From an uncultured Solirubrobacteraceae bacterium (lineage in GTDB: Bacteria > Actinomycetota > Thermoleophilia > Solirubrobacterales > Solirubrobacteraceae), in the NCBI GenBank assembly GCA_963835285.1, contig CAWIEW010000017.1:108171-172170 (forward strand): 64,000 nt of DNA, written 5' to 3'. This document shows positions 1 to 9,545 of this stretch, piece by piece (position 1 is the first letter of the stretch; the number at the start of each line of letters is the position of its first letter). A program made the translations under genes and the position numbers. Under the pieces are notes generated by a model. That model made no database searches. It was not told the DNA's origin and saw only the letters and a program-made list of their open reading frames with translations.

Positions 1-1
1 C

Positions 2-235
2 GCCGGCATCGCGATCCCGGAGCTGGTCCCGGCGCTCCAGGCGCACCTGCCTTTGTACAAGGCCGCGCTCGCCCAGTGGGGCGCCGGCACGGGCTACCTC
101 AACTTCGAGGAGACCACGACGGACTCACGCTCGTTCTACGACGAGCTGACCTACCGGCGCCTGGCGCGCATCAAGACGCAGGTCGACCCGAGCGACGTGT
201 TCCGGGCCAACCACCCGATCAAGGGCAGCGACTAA
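2..235 (+). CDS. 3' end of FAD-linked oxidase with berberine-bridge (BBE) type C-terminus; 5' end outside window
   Basis: Frame reads ...YLNFEE...YRRLARIKTQVDPSDVFRANHPI, a typical BBE/FAD-oxidase C-terminal signature; TAA at 233-235. Confidence 0.6.
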   Translation, partial: AGIAIPELVPALQAHLPLYKAALAQWGAGTGYLNFEETTTDSRSFYDELTYRRLARIKTQVDPSDVFRANHPIKGSD

Positions 236-245
236 GACGGGCGCT

Positions 246-1241
246 CTACCGGTCGCGGAGCCAGCCTCCGACCTTCTCGGCGGCGTCGGCGACCATGTCG
301 CCGGCGCTCGCCACGCCCTCTCCGGCCTCCTTGAACAGGGCCCGGAAGCGCTCGGCGTAGTGGTCGACCGCGTCGCCGGCCTCGGCCCGCGGGTCGACCG
401 GGTCGCCGCGGCGGACGTACTCGCCGCGCAGCACGCGGTCATAGTCGCCCGAGCGGACCCACTTCATGAGCTCGGACACACGGCGCACGGGGAAGGCGTG
501 CGTCTGGGCGAGCTCGACGCGCAGGCGCGCGAACTTGTCCCAGCCGGGCTCCCACTCCTCGTACTCGGCGGCCTGCTTGAGGAACGCGTCGAGGTTGAGC
601 TTGCGCGAGGACGCGCCGCCGGCGATCACCATCAGCGTGCGCGAGGTGACCAGCGGGTCCCGGTTCACGAGCGTGGCGGCACGGTCGGCGCTCAGCTCGG
701 CCGCCCGGAACCACTCGAGCAGCGCGATCCGCACCGCGGCCAGCGGCAGACCGGCCAGCATCGGCAGCCCCGTCGTGCCGATCGACAGCAGGATCATCAG
801 CGCGGTCCGGTAGAGCACGTGATCGGACAGCACGTGGCCGGCCTCGTGGCCGAGCACGGTCCGCAGCTCCTCCTCGTCGAGCACCTCGACGGTGCGTGAG
901 TTGACCATGACCATCGGCCGCTCGGCGCCGATCGCCGCGGCGTTGGTGACCGGGAACTGCGTCAGGTACAGGTCGGGGACCGAGGGGAGATCGAGCCGCG
1001 CGCAGGCCGCGCGGTGCGCCGCCCAGGCGTCCGGGAGCTGCTCGGAGCCGAGCTTGACCGACCCGGCGAGGAACACCTGGCGCAGCGCGCGCTCGTAGCC
1101 GAACTCGATCAGCTTGCGCACGACCATGTCGAGCTTCGGGATCGACTTCAGCGCCGCCGTCGCGGCGCGGTCCGCCGGATGCTCGTACGCCTTCGGCGAG
1201 ATCTCCGCGAGGCGCTGGTCGTCGGGCAGGGTCTCGGTCAT
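246..1241 (-). CDS. M48-family zinc metallopeptidase
   Basis: HEAGHVLSDH (HExxH) motif. I chose the internal ATG at 1241 (MTETLPDD...) because the upstream part of the 246..1328 ORF is Arg/Ser-rich junk overlapping the next gene. Confidence 0.75.
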   Translation of the reverse strand: MTETLPDDQRLAEISPKAYEHPADRAATAALKSIPKLDMVVRKLIEFGYERALRQVFLAGSVKLGSEQLPDAWAAHRAACARLDLPSVPDLYLTQFPVTNAAAIGAERPMVMVNSRTVEVLDEEELRTVLGHEAGHVLSDHVLYRTALMILLSIGTTGLPMLAGLPLAAVRIALLEWFRAAELSADRAATLVNRDPLVTSRTLMVIAGGASSRKLNLDAFLKQAAEYEEWEPGWDKFARLRVELAQTHAFPVRRVSELMKWVRSGDYDRVLRGEYVRRGDPVDPRAEAGDAVDHYAERFRALFKEAGEGVASAGDMVADAAEKVGGWLRDR

Positions 1242-1251
1242 GCGGATGAAG

Positions 1252-1686
1252 CTAGCGCGGAATGTCGACCGTTCGGCGATTTTTCGTGTTGCGGGCGGCG
1301 TCCCCGACGACGAGGAGCCCGGCGGCACGCAGGCGCGGGATCACGTGGTCGCGCACGGCGGGCGCGAGGGTCGGCTTCGACTCCGGCCACCAGCGCAGCG
1401 CCGCGATCTCGGCGGCCGGCTCGGGGTCGCCGCCGAGGCGGGTCAGGAACACGGTCATCCACATCTCGACGCCCTCGAGCGCGGCGGGAGCATGTACCTC
1501 GGCGAACGGCTCGGCGTGCGCGATCCCGACGCCGAGCTCCTCGGTCAGCTCGCGCTCGAGGCAGTCGAGCGGCGCCTCGCCGGCCTCGGGCTTGCCGCCC
1601 GGCAGGTAGTAGACGTCCGGCGCCGCACGCTTGGCCGCGAGGAGCAGCCCGCGCGGCCCGATCACGGCAGCGCCGATGACTCTCAT
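1252..1686 (-). CDS. NUDIX hydrolase
   Basis: Nudix box GGKPEAGEAPLDCLERELTEELG; ATG at 1686 forms an ATGA overlap with the stop of the upstream hydrolase (1683). Confidence 0.75.
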   Translation of the reverse strand: MRVIGAAVIGPRGLLLAAKRAAPDVYYLPGGKPEAGEAPLDCLERELTEELGVGIAHAEPFAEVHAPAALEGVEMWMTVFLTRLGGDPEPAAEIAALRWWPESKPTLAPAVRDHVIPRLRAAGLLVVGDAARNTKNRRTVDIPR

Positions 1687-2474
1687 CGCGCGGCGGCCTC
1701 GGCGATCACGCGCGACAGCTGGCCGCCCTGCCAGGCGAGCGGCGACTTCCCCGGCTCCTCGCTGACCAGTTGCGCGCGCGGGATCGCGGCCGCATACCGC
1801 TCCCCGATCGCGTACGGGTGCTCGGGATCGGCCTCGTCGCGGCTCGCCACGACGGTCACCGGGAGGTCGAGCGCCGCCAGCGCTTCCCACGAGGCGAAGG
1901 CGTCCGAGCGCGGGACCTGCTCGAGCGCGTCGGCGACCGCCTCGGGGTGCTCATGGGCGGACAGGCGCTGCTGTAGGACCGTGCGCACGGTGTCGCGGAA
2001 CGACTCCGGCACGCGCGGCTCGCCGTACGCGGCGATGAAGCCCTCCACCCCACCTTCGCGCAGCCCGCGGGCGAGCGCGTCCCAGCGGTCGAGCCCGCGC
2101 TCGGGCGCGTCGGGGTCGTAGGCGGGCGTGATGAGCACGAGCGCCGCCGAACGCTCGGGATGCTCGAGCGCGAAGCGCACGATCGTGTGCGCGCCCATCG
2201 ACGCGCCGGCGAGCACCGCACGCTCGATGCCACGGTCGTCGAGCACGGTCAGCAGGTCGGCGGCCAGCTTGCCGTAGCCGTAGCCGTCGCCGGGCGCGGA
2301 CCTCCCGTGCCCGCGCGCGTCGTAGGCGACGACCCGATGGCCGCCGCGCTCGAGGTTCTTGGAGCCCATGACGACATAGCGCCGCGTGGCCGTCAGGCCG
2401 TGGAGGAGGACGACCGGCGTCCCCTCGCCCGCCTCATTTGCGCTCAGCCGCCCGTCGATGGTCAGATCAGACAC
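1683..2474 (-). CDS. alpha/beta-fold hydrolase
   Basis: HGLTATRRY oxyanion region and the nucleophile elbow GASMGAH; 263 aa. Confidence 0.8.
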   Translation of the reverse strand: MSDLTIDGRLSANEAGEGTPVVLLHGLTATRRYVVMGSKNLERGGHRVVAYDARGHGRSAPGDGYGYGKLAADLLTVLDDRGIERAVLAGASMGAHTIVRFALEHPERSAALVLITPAYDPDAPERGLDRWDALARGLREGGVEGFIAAYGEPRVPESFRDTVRTVLQQRLSAHEHPEAVADALEQVPRSDAFASWEALAALDLPVTVVASRDEADPEHPYAIGERYAAAIPRAQLVSEEPGKSPLAWQGGQLSRVIAEAAAR

Positions 2475-2497
2475 CTCTTCGAGGCTATCCTCGTCGT

Positions 2498-3235
2498 GTG
2501 ATCTTCGACACCACCGAGGCGACGTTCCAGCAGGACGTCATCGACCGCTCGCACGAGCGCCCCGTCGTCGTCGACTTCTGGGCCGAATGGTGCGGCCCGT
2601 GCCGGCAGCTCACGCCCGTGCTCGAGAAGCTCGTCACCGAGCGCGACGGCCAGGTCGACCTCGCCAAGCTCGACACCGACGCGAACCAGCAGCTTGCCGC
2701 CGCGTTCCGCATCCAGGGCATCCCCGCCGTGAAGGCGTTCAAGGACGGCCAGGTCGTCGCCGAGTTCGTCGGCGCCCAGCCGCCGCCGAACGTCGAGAAG
2801 TTCCTCGACGCGCTGCTCCCGTCGCCGGCCGACGGGCTCGTCGCCGCGGGTGACGAGCAGTCGCTGCGCGACGCGCTCGCCCTCGAGCCCGGCCGCGCCG
2901 ACGCCGCCGTGGCGCTCGCCCGCCTGCTGCACGAGCGCGGCGACGACGACGGGGCCCTCGAGCTGCTCGGCAACGTCGTCGGGTCGTTCGCCGCCGACGG
3001 CCTGGCCGCCCGCATCCGGCTCGAGCAGGACGCCGAGCTGGCCGCGGCGTTCGCCGCGCTCGACGCCGGCGACACCGAACGCGGGCTCGATGCGCTGATC
3101 GCGGCGATCGCCGCCAACGGCGACGACCGCCGCGAGGATCTCCGCCGCGCCGTCGTCGGCGTGCTGGACGACCTCGGGGTCGAGCATCCCGTCGCGCGCG
3201 AATCCCGCCGCAAGCTGGCCTCCGCCCTCTACTAG
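2498..3235 (+). CDS. thioredoxin-domain protein with TPR-like C-terminal half (YbbN/CnoX-like)
   Basis: WAEWCGPC active site followed by a helical Ala/Leu-rich repeat region. GTG at 2498 chosen to avoid overlap with the convergent 1683..2474 gene. Confidence 0.8.
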   Translation: MIFDTTEATFQQDVIDRSHERPVVVDFWAEWCGPCRQLTPVLEKLVTERDGQVDLAKLDTDANQQLAAAFRIQGIPAVKAFKDGQVVAEFVGAQPPPNVEKFLDALLPSPADGLVAAGDEQSLRDALALEPGRADAAVALARLLHERGDDDGALELLGNVVGSFAADGLAARIRLEQDAELAAAFAALDAGDTERGLDALIAAIAANGDDRREDLRRAVVGVLDDLGVEHPVARESRRKLASALY

Positions 3236-3446
3236 GTCCGCCGAAGGCGGGGGGTGCGTCAGCCGGCCGAGGTCGCCGCACGGTGGCGGCGGTCGGCCGG
3301 CCTAGGCGGCTCCGGTGCCCAGCGCGCTCTGCAGGTGCGCGGTGAAGAACCAGCGCGCCCTCTTCTCGGTGACCAGAACCTTCATGGGCGGCACACTTCT
3401 CCCGCCCGGCAACGCGCCGGTAAGGCGGTGGTAAACCCCCGCCGGC

Positions 3447-4541
3447 CTAGATCTCCAGCGCGAGCTGGCCGGCGGGCGCCGGTGGCGCGCGGCGGGCGTC
3501 GGGCTCGACGTCCTCGAAGCCGGCCAGGCGCACCCCGAGCAATCGCACGGGCCGTGGCGGCGCGTAGGCGCGCAGCAGCTCGATCGCGGTGTCGATCACG
3601 AGCTGGGTCTCGTTGGTCGGCGCGGCGACCGTCCGCGCGCGGGTCACCGTGGTCCAGTCGTCGAGGCGGACCTTGATCGCGATCGTGCGACCGCGGCGGC
3701 CGCGCTTCTGCAGGCCCTCGCAGACCTCGCGTGACATCTCGCGCACGTACGCCTCGAGCCGCTCGAGCTCGTCCACGTCGACGTCGAAGGTGCGCTCGGT
3801 CGAGTACGACTTGGCGACCGCCTTCTCGGTCTCGACCGGCGAGTCGTCCTCGAACGCCGCGCGGCGCTTGAGGAACCGGGCGGTGTTGGTGCCGAAGCGG
3901 GCGGCGAGCTTGGCCTCGTCGGCCTGCTGGAGCTGGCCGAGCGTGCGAAAGCCGATCGCGGCGAGCCGCTCGGCCGTCTTCGGGCCGATGCCGGGGACGC
4001 GGCTGGTCGGCGCGGTGGCGAAGCGCACGCAGGCCTCCTCGCGGCCCATCGCGACGAAGCCGGCCGGCTTGCCGAGGTCGCTGCAGCATTTCGCCACCAG
4101 GCGCGACGGGCCGACGCCGACCGAGATGACGATCCCCGTCGTGTCCTTGACGGCCGTCACGACCTCGCGCAGGACGCGCAGCGGCTTGTCGACGCCGGTC
4201 AGCTCGGCGTACCCCTCGTCGATGCCGATCTGCTGCACGCGGTCGAGCCGCTCGCCGATCACCTCCCACACGCGCTTGGACGTCTCGCGATAGGCGGCGA
4301 AGTCGGGCGGGATCACGATCGCGTCGGGGCACAGACGGCGGGCGCGCGAGGCCGGCATCGCCGAGCCGACCCCGAACGTCCGCGCCTCGTAGCTCGCGGT
4401 CGTGACCACCGCCCGCGGGCCGCTGCCCGCCACGATCACCGGCTTGCCGACCAGCTCGGGGCGGCGCAGCAGCTCGACGGTCGCGTAGAAGGCGTCGCAG
4501 TCGAGGTGGGCGATGACTCGCTTGGGCGCCACAGCCCCCAA
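3447..4541 (-). CDS. dinB: DNA polymerase IV (Y-family)
   Basis: HLDCDAFYATVE, SIDEGY-like IDEGYAELTG, and the little-finger region; the start could also be the GTG at 4532. Confidence 0.9.
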   Translation of the reverse strand: MGAVAPKRVIAHLDCDAFYATVELLRRPELVGKPVIVAGSGPRAVVTTASYEARTFGVGSAMPASRARRLCPDAIVIPPDFAAYRETSKRVWEVIGERLDRVQQIGIDEGYAELTGVDKPLRVLREVVTAVKDTTGIVISVGVGPSRLVAKCCSDLGKPAGFVAMGREEACVRFATAPTSRVPGIGPKTAERLAAIGFRTLGQLQQADEAKLAARFGTNTARFLKRRAAFEDDSPVETEKAVAKSYSTERTFDVDVDELERLEAYVREMSREVCEGLQKRGRRGRTIAIKVRLDDWTTVTRARTVAAPTNETQLVIDTAIELLRAYAPPRPVRLLGVRLAGFEDVEPDARRAPPAPAGQLALEI

Positions 4542-4566
4542 ACGGTACGCCCGCGTCCGGACCCTT

Positions 4567-5151
4567 TTACCGGGTCGTCAGGATCGCCCCGTGCCCGTGG
4601 AAGCGCAGCCGGTGCGCGGTCGCCTCGGTCAGATCGAACTCGCGGCCGGCGACGTACGGGCCACGGTCGATCACGCGCACGTTCACGGTCCGGGAGCCCT
4701 TGCGCAGCGTCAACTTGGCGCCGCAGGGCAGGGACTTGTGAGCGACGCCGAGGCGGCCGGGCGTCAGCGTCCCGCCGCAGCCGAGCTTGTTGCCGTACAG
4801 CCCGGGGCCGTACCAGGACGCGCTCGCGAGCCGGTAGGCGTTCACACGGCCCACACGCGTGGTCGCTCCGTCCACGCGCACGCGCGCGGGGGCGCTGAGC
4901 GGCTGCCGCATCCGGTCGCGCAGCGTGAAGCGGCCGGACGACGTCGTCCGGTCACGGTCGATCGTGCGCCAGCGGCCGCGGCGCTTGATCTGCAGCGAGG
5001 TCGTGGTCGCCGGCGCGCCGTGGCCGACGACGACGATCGTGCGCCCGACGCGCACGTGGAGACGTTTCTTCTTGACGACGTCCGCATCGGCGGGAGCAGC
5101 CGCCAACGGAAATGTCACTGCAGCAAACACGGCAATCGCGCGCAGACGCAC
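4567..5151 (-). CDS. secreted RlpA-like double-psi beta-barrel (DPBB) protein
   Basis: Signal peptide MRLRAIAVFAAVTFPLAAAPADA; ASWYGPGLYGNKLGCGG...VRVIDRGPY DPBB signature; GAGGAGG SD upstream of the GTG. Confidence 0.75.
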   Translation of the reverse strand: MRLRAIAVFAAVTFPLAAAPADADVVKKKRLHVRVGRTIVVVGHGAPATTTSLQIKRRGRWRTIDRDRTTSSGRFTLRDRMRQPLSAPARVRVDGATTRVGRVNAYRLASASWYGPGLYGNKLGCGGTLTPGRLGVAHKSLPCGAKLTLRKGSRTVNVRVIDRGPYVAGREFDLTEATAHRLRFHGHGAILTTR

Positions 5152-5207
5152 GGGAACCTCCTCGTTCGGGGAAGCGCGCTGGGATAGCGGGCGCGCCCCG
5201 GGTTTCC

Positions 5208-5223
5208 TGTGACGCGGATCACA
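5208..5223. promoter_or_regulatory. perfect CRP/FNR-type palindrome TGTGA-N6-TCACA
   Basis: tgtgacgcggatcaca lies in the 113-bp divergent region between the RlpA-like gene (start 5151) and WS/DGAT (start 5265). Confidence 0.55.
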
Positions 5224-5264
5224 CGACGGTCCTGAGCGCCCGATCGCCGTAGACTGGCCCCGCG

Positions 5265-6719
5265 GTGGCGAATCCCGACCGACTCACCGGCCTCGACGCC
5301 TCTTTCTTGGCGCTCGAGTCCCGCGGCGCGCACATGCACGTAGGCTCGGTCCTCGTGTTCGACGGCGAGGCGCCGTCGTACGGCGACTTCATGGCGATGA
5401 TCGAGACGCGGCTCCACCAGGTCCCGCGCTACCGCCAGAAGCTCGCGTTCCCGCCGCTGGCGCAGGCGCGGCCGGTGTGGGTCGACGACCCGCACTTCAA
5501 CATCGGCTACCACGTCCGCCACACGGCGCTGCCCGCGCCGGCGGGCGACGAGCAGCTGCGCAAGCTGGCCGGCCGCGTGTTCTCCCAGCAGCTCGACCGG
5601 TCCAAGCCGCTGTGGGAGATCTGGCTCGTCAACCGCGTCAACGAGGACCAGTTCGCGCTCGTCTGCAAGACGCACCATGCGCTGGTCGACGGGATCTCCG
5701 GTGTCGACATCATGACCGTGCTGTTCGACCTCGAGCCGAAGCCGCCCGAGCGCGAGCCCGGCCCGCCGTGGTACCCGCGGCCGGAGCCGAGCGGCGCGAC
5801 GCTGTTCGGCGACGCGGTGCTCGAGCGCGCCGCGACGCCGTTCGACCTCGCCCGCTCCGCCGCCGGCGCGGTCGGCGACCCGCGGCACGCCGGCTCCGCG
5901 GCGGCGAAGACGCTCGCGGGGCTGGCGTCGATGGCCGCCGCCGGTATGGGCGGCGCTCCCGCGAGCCCACTCAACACGAAGATCGGGCCGCACCGGCGGT
6001 TCGCCTGGGTGGCGAGCGACCTCGACCGCTTCAAGGCCGTCAAGGACGCGCTCGGCGGCACCGTCAACGACGTCGTCCTCGCGGTGGTCGCGGGCGCGTT
6101 GCGCGACCACATGCTGCGCCGCGGCCGCGACCCGAGCGGCATCGAGCTGAAGGCGATGGTGCCGGTCTCGATCCGCGCCGAGGAGGAGCGCGGGGCGCTC
6201 GGCAACCGCGTCGCGGCGATGTACGCGCCGCTCCCGGTGGGGATCGCCGACCCGCTCGAGCGCTTCAAGACGATCCACGAGGCGCTCGGGCATCTGAAGA
6301 CCTCCGGTCAGGCGGTCGGCGCGGAGCGGCTGACGCAGCTCGCCGGCTTCGCCGTACCGACCGTGCTCAATCAGGCGGCGCGGCTGCAGAGCCGGCAGCG
6401 GCTCTTCAACCTCACGGTCACCAACGTCCCCGGCCCGCAGTTCCCCCTCTACATGATGGGCCGGCGCCTGCAGGCGTTCTATCCGAAGGTCCCGCTCGTC
6501 CTCAACACCGCGCTCGGCATCGCGATCATGTCCTACGACGGGAAGCTGTTCTTCGGCCTGCTCGGCGACTACGACGAGATGGCCGACCTCGACGCGTTCG
6601 CGTCCGACCTGCGGGCGGCGATCGCCGAGCTCGCGAGCTCCGCGGGCGTACCGCCCAACGGGGCGCGTCGCAGCGGGCGCGCGCGGCCTGCGTCGCGGCG
6701 GACCAAGAGCCGGGCTTGA
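5265..6719 (+). CDS. wax ester synthase / diacylglycerol acyltransferase (WS/DGAT)
   Basis: Catalytic HHALVDGISG (HHxxxDG) motif; 484 aa; conserved C-terminal WS/DGAT domain. Confidence 0.9.
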   Translation: MANPDRLTGLDASFLALESRGAHMHVGSVLVFDGEAPSYGDFMAMIETRLHQVPRYRQKLAFPPLAQARPVWVDDPHFNIGYHVRHTALPAPAGDEQLRKLAGRVFSQQLDRSKPLWEIWLVNRVNEDQFALVCKTHHALVDGISGVDIMTVLFDLEPKPPEREPGPPWYPRPEPSGATLFGDAVLERAATPFDLARSAAGAVGDPRHAGSAAAKTLAGLASMAAAGMGGAPASPLNTKIGPHRRFAWVASDLDRFKAVKDALGGTVNDVVLAVVAGALRDHMLRRGRDPSGIELKAMVPVSIRAEEERGALGNRVAAMYAPLPVGIADPLERFKTIHEALGHLKTSGQAVGAERLTQLAGFAVPTVLNQAARLQSRQRLFNLTVTNVPGPQFPLYMMGRRLQAFYPKVPLVLNTALGIAIMSYDGKLFFGLLGDYDEMADLDAFASDLRAAIAELASSAGVPPNGARRSGRARPASRRTKSRA

Positions 6720-7195
6720 AACGGGCGCTGCTCGTCGCCGTCGGCGTGGTCCTGGCGGTCGGCGTCGTCGCCGCGGGCGTGCTCGCGTTCGGCTCGCGTG
6801 ACGACTCGCAGCTGTCGGGTGCGGCGGAGGGGCCGGGAGCGGCGCAGCCGGCGGGCGCCGACCCGCCCGCCAGCGGGGACCACTCCGACGCGCTGGTGAC
6901 GCGCGATCGCCGGCCGCTATCCGACGATCAGCTCGTCAACGCGCTCGCTCTGGGCAATGTCGTGATCCTCTACGACGGTGCGCGGCCGGACCCGGCGCTG
7001 GTGCGGCTGCAGCGGGATGTCGCGGGCCCGTTCGACGCCGAGCTGGCCGCCGCCGGGCAGGCGGTGATCCTTGCGCCGCGGAAGGGCGCGGGGCCGGCCA
7101 CCGCGCTGGCCTGGAAGCGGATCCTGCGAGCGCAGCCGTCGGACCCGACGCTGCACGAATTCGCCGAGTTCCGGCTCGGACGGGGCATACCATAA
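6716..7195 (+). CDS. membrane-anchored hypothetical protein, weakly DUF3105-like
   Basis: TTG at 6716 overlaps the WS/DGAT stop (TTGA); N-terminal TM helix LLVAVGVVLAVGVVAAGVLAF; C-terminal ...VILAPRKG..ALAWKRIL... layout. The start is uncertain. Confidence 0.45.
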   Translation: MKRALLVAVGVVLAVGVVAAGVLAFGSRDDSQLSGAAEGPGAAQPAGADPPASGDHSDALVTRDRRPLSDDQLVNALALGNVVILYDGARPDPALVRLQRDVAGPFDAELAAAGQAVILAPRKGAGPATALAWKRILRAQPSDPTLHEFAEFRLGRGIP

Positions 7196-7200
7196 GCGGC

Positions 7201-8947
7201 ATGTCCGGCACGATCGCTCCCCTCCGCCTGGCGCTCGCCCAGATCAACGCGCGCGTCGGCGACATCGAGGGCAACGTCGAGAAGATCGCGCGCCGCATCG
7301 GCGACGCGCGTGAAGCCGGCGCCGAGCTCGTGCTGTTCCCGGAGCTGGCGGTGACCGGCTACCCGCCCGAGGACCTGCTGCTCAAGGAGCACTTCCTGCA
7401 GGCGGCTCACGAGGCGGTCCTCGAGCTCGCGCGCGAGGCCGTCGGCATCGTCGTCCTCGTCGGCTTCCCCGAGCGGGCCGATGACGTGCACAACGCCCTG
7501 GCCGTGCTCGCGGAGGGTGAGTGCCAGGCCGTCTACCGCAAGGTCCTGCTCCCCAACTACGGCGTGTTCGACGAGCAGCGCTACTTCCAGGTCGGCGACG
7601 GCGGCGCCGTGCTCGAGCTGGGCGACGCGCGCCTGGGTCTGACGATCTGCGAGGACATCTGGACGCCCGGCCCGCCGGCCTCCGACGAGGCGCTGGCCGG
7701 GGCGCCGCTGATCCTCAACGCGTCCGCCTCGCCGTACCACGCGGGCAAGGGCGTCGACCGCGAGCGGATGCTGGTCCAGCGCGCGCGCGACAACCTCGCC
7801 GCCGTCGCCTTCACCAACCTCGTCGGGCGGGCAGGACGAGCTGATCTTCGACGGGCACTCGCTGCTGATCGACCACGAGGGAACCGTGCTGGCGCGGGCG
7901 CCGCAGTTCGAGGAGGCGCTGACCGTCGCCACCGTGGACCTGCAGGCGGCGATGACGGCGCGGCTGCGCGACACGCGACTGCGCAAGCCGGTGCGGGCCG
8001 CGCTGCCCGAGGTGCGGCGGCTCGGGCCGCTCGTGCGGGGCGAGGACGTGGGGCACGAGGCCGCGGGTGGCGAAGTCGCACCGCTGCTCGACCCCGAGGC
8101 CGAGGTCTACCGCGCGCTGGTGCTCGGCACCCGCGACTACGTCGAGAAGAACGGCTTCCGCCACGTCGTGATCGGGCTGTCGGGCGGGATCGACTCGACG
8201 CTGACCGCGCTGATCGCCGTCGACGCGCTCGGGACCGACCGCGTGACGTGCGTGACCATGCCTTCGCGCTACTCGTCGTCCGGCACGCGCGACGACGCGA
8301 CGGTGCTGGCGCAGAACCTCGGCGTCGAGCTGCGCGAGATCGCGATCGGGCCGGCGATGGAGACCTATGAGGCGCTGCTCGCCGCGGACTTCGAGGGCCG
8401 CGAGCCCGACATCGCCGAGGAGAACCTCCAGGCCCGGATCCGCGGGAACCTGCTGATGGCGCTGTCGAACAAGTTCGGCTGGCTGGTGTTGACCACCGGC
8501 AACAAGTCCGAGAACGCGGTCGGCTACTCGACGCTGTACGGCGACTCCGCCGGCGGGTTCGCGGTGATCAAGGACGTCCCGAAGACCTTGGTGTACCGGC
8601 TCGTCGACTACCGCAACGACGGCGTGGTGCCGCGCTCGATCATCGACCGCCCGCCGAGCGCCGAGCTGCGCGATGACCAGCGCGACGCCGATTCGCTGCC
8701 CGACTACGACACGCTCGACGCGATCCTCGAGGCCTACATCGAGGAGGACGCCGACCCGGAGCAGCTCGAACGGGCCGGCTTCCCGCGCGAGGCCGTCGAC
8801 CGCGTGATCGAGCTGGTCGACCGGGCCGAGTACAAGCGCCGCCAGGCCCCGCCGGGGATCAAGATCACCCCGCGCGCGTTCGGGCGTGATCGGCGGATGC
8901 CGATCACGAACGCGTACCGGCCGCGGCGGCGGCCCGTGGTCCTCTAG
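7201..8947 (+). pseudogene. nadE: glutamine-dependent NAD+ synthetase, disrupted by an apparent +1 frameshift near 7825-7831
   Basis: CN-hydrolase domain in the frame of 7201 up to ...FTNLVG. The protein continues as QDELIFDGHSLLIDHEG... in the frame of ORF 7886..8947, which carries the NAD-synthase SGGIDS P-loop. Confidence 0.9.
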
Positions 8948-8968
8948 CGCCGGTCCGAGCTCCGGCGT

Positions 8969-9069
8969 CTACCCCGGCTGGGTAGGGCGGCGAGGGGTCG
9001 GCCGTGTCGGCGGGCGACCGAGCGTTGGTGTCGTCGAAGGGTCGCTATGCGACCCAAATCCGACACCAA
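8969..9069. repeat. GTAG-box element, copy A: CTACCCCGGCTGGGTAGGGCGGC plus a nested hairpin
   Basis: Box at 8969-8991. Outer stem ttggtgtcg/cgacaccaa (9025-9033 / 9061-9069) encloses gggtcgc-tat-gcgaccc. Lies between convergent nadE and the PaaI thioesterase gene. Confidence 0.6.
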
Positions 9070-9093
9070 TCGCGGCGGCCGATCCCGCCTCCC

Positions 9094-9525
9094 TTAATGC
9101 CGCAGTTCGCCCGAGCCCGGCGCATCCCTCACAGCGACGGTCATCCGCACCAAGGCGCAGAGGCGGCCGTCGTCGTCGGTGACGTCGACCTCCCACACCC
9201 ACGTGGTGCGGCCGCGGTGGCGGCAACGCCCGACCGCGTGGATCGTGCCGTCGACGATCGGGCGCAGGAAGCTCGTCTGGTTCGACTGGCCCATGGCGGT
9301 CTTGCCCTCCTCGTGGACGGCGACCCAGGTGGCGACCGAGGTCATCGACTCGGCCATCGAGGCGAACACGCCGCCGTGGACGAGGCCCGCCGGCTGCAGG
9401 ATCTCGGGCCGGACCGGGACCTGCGCGCGGACCTCGTTCTCGTCCATGCTGACGATCTCGAGGCCGTAGTGGCGGTCGAAGCCGACCGGGAACTCGCCAA
9501 ACGGGGTATCCACGGGCCGCGGCAC
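9094..9525 (-). CDS. PaaI-family hotdog-fold thioesterase
   Basis: ...AGLVHGGVFASMAESMTSVA...TTWVWEVDVTDDDGRLCAL; only the last ~144 codons of ORF 9094..10542 look protein-like; GTG at 9525. Confidence 0.8.
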   Translation of the reverse strand: MPRPVDTPFGEFPVGFDRHYGLEIVSMDENEVRAQVPVRPEILQPAGLVHGGVFASMAESMTSVATWVAVHEEGKTAMGQSNQTSFLRPIVDGTIHAVGRCRHRGRTTWVWEVDVTDDDGRLCALVRMTVAVRDAPGSGELRH

Positions 9526-9545
9526 ACTACCCTCTTGAAGCTCGC

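Noticed and set aside
3302-3385. 27-codon minus-strand ORF (MKVLVTEKRARWFFTAHLQSALGTGAA) in the 212-bp gap between the thioredoxin gene and dinB
   Set aside because: It has high GC3 and a distant GGGAGA upstream. However, it is too short, shows no recognisable family, and the SD spacing is poor. It cannot be supported from sequence alone.
5152-5264. Possible c-di-AMP (ydaO-type) riboswitch in the leader of the RlpA-like wall protein gene
   Set aside because: The whole leader is at most 113 nt. It is shared with a divergent promoter, and I could not recognise the conserved ydaO core segments. It is too short for that fold.
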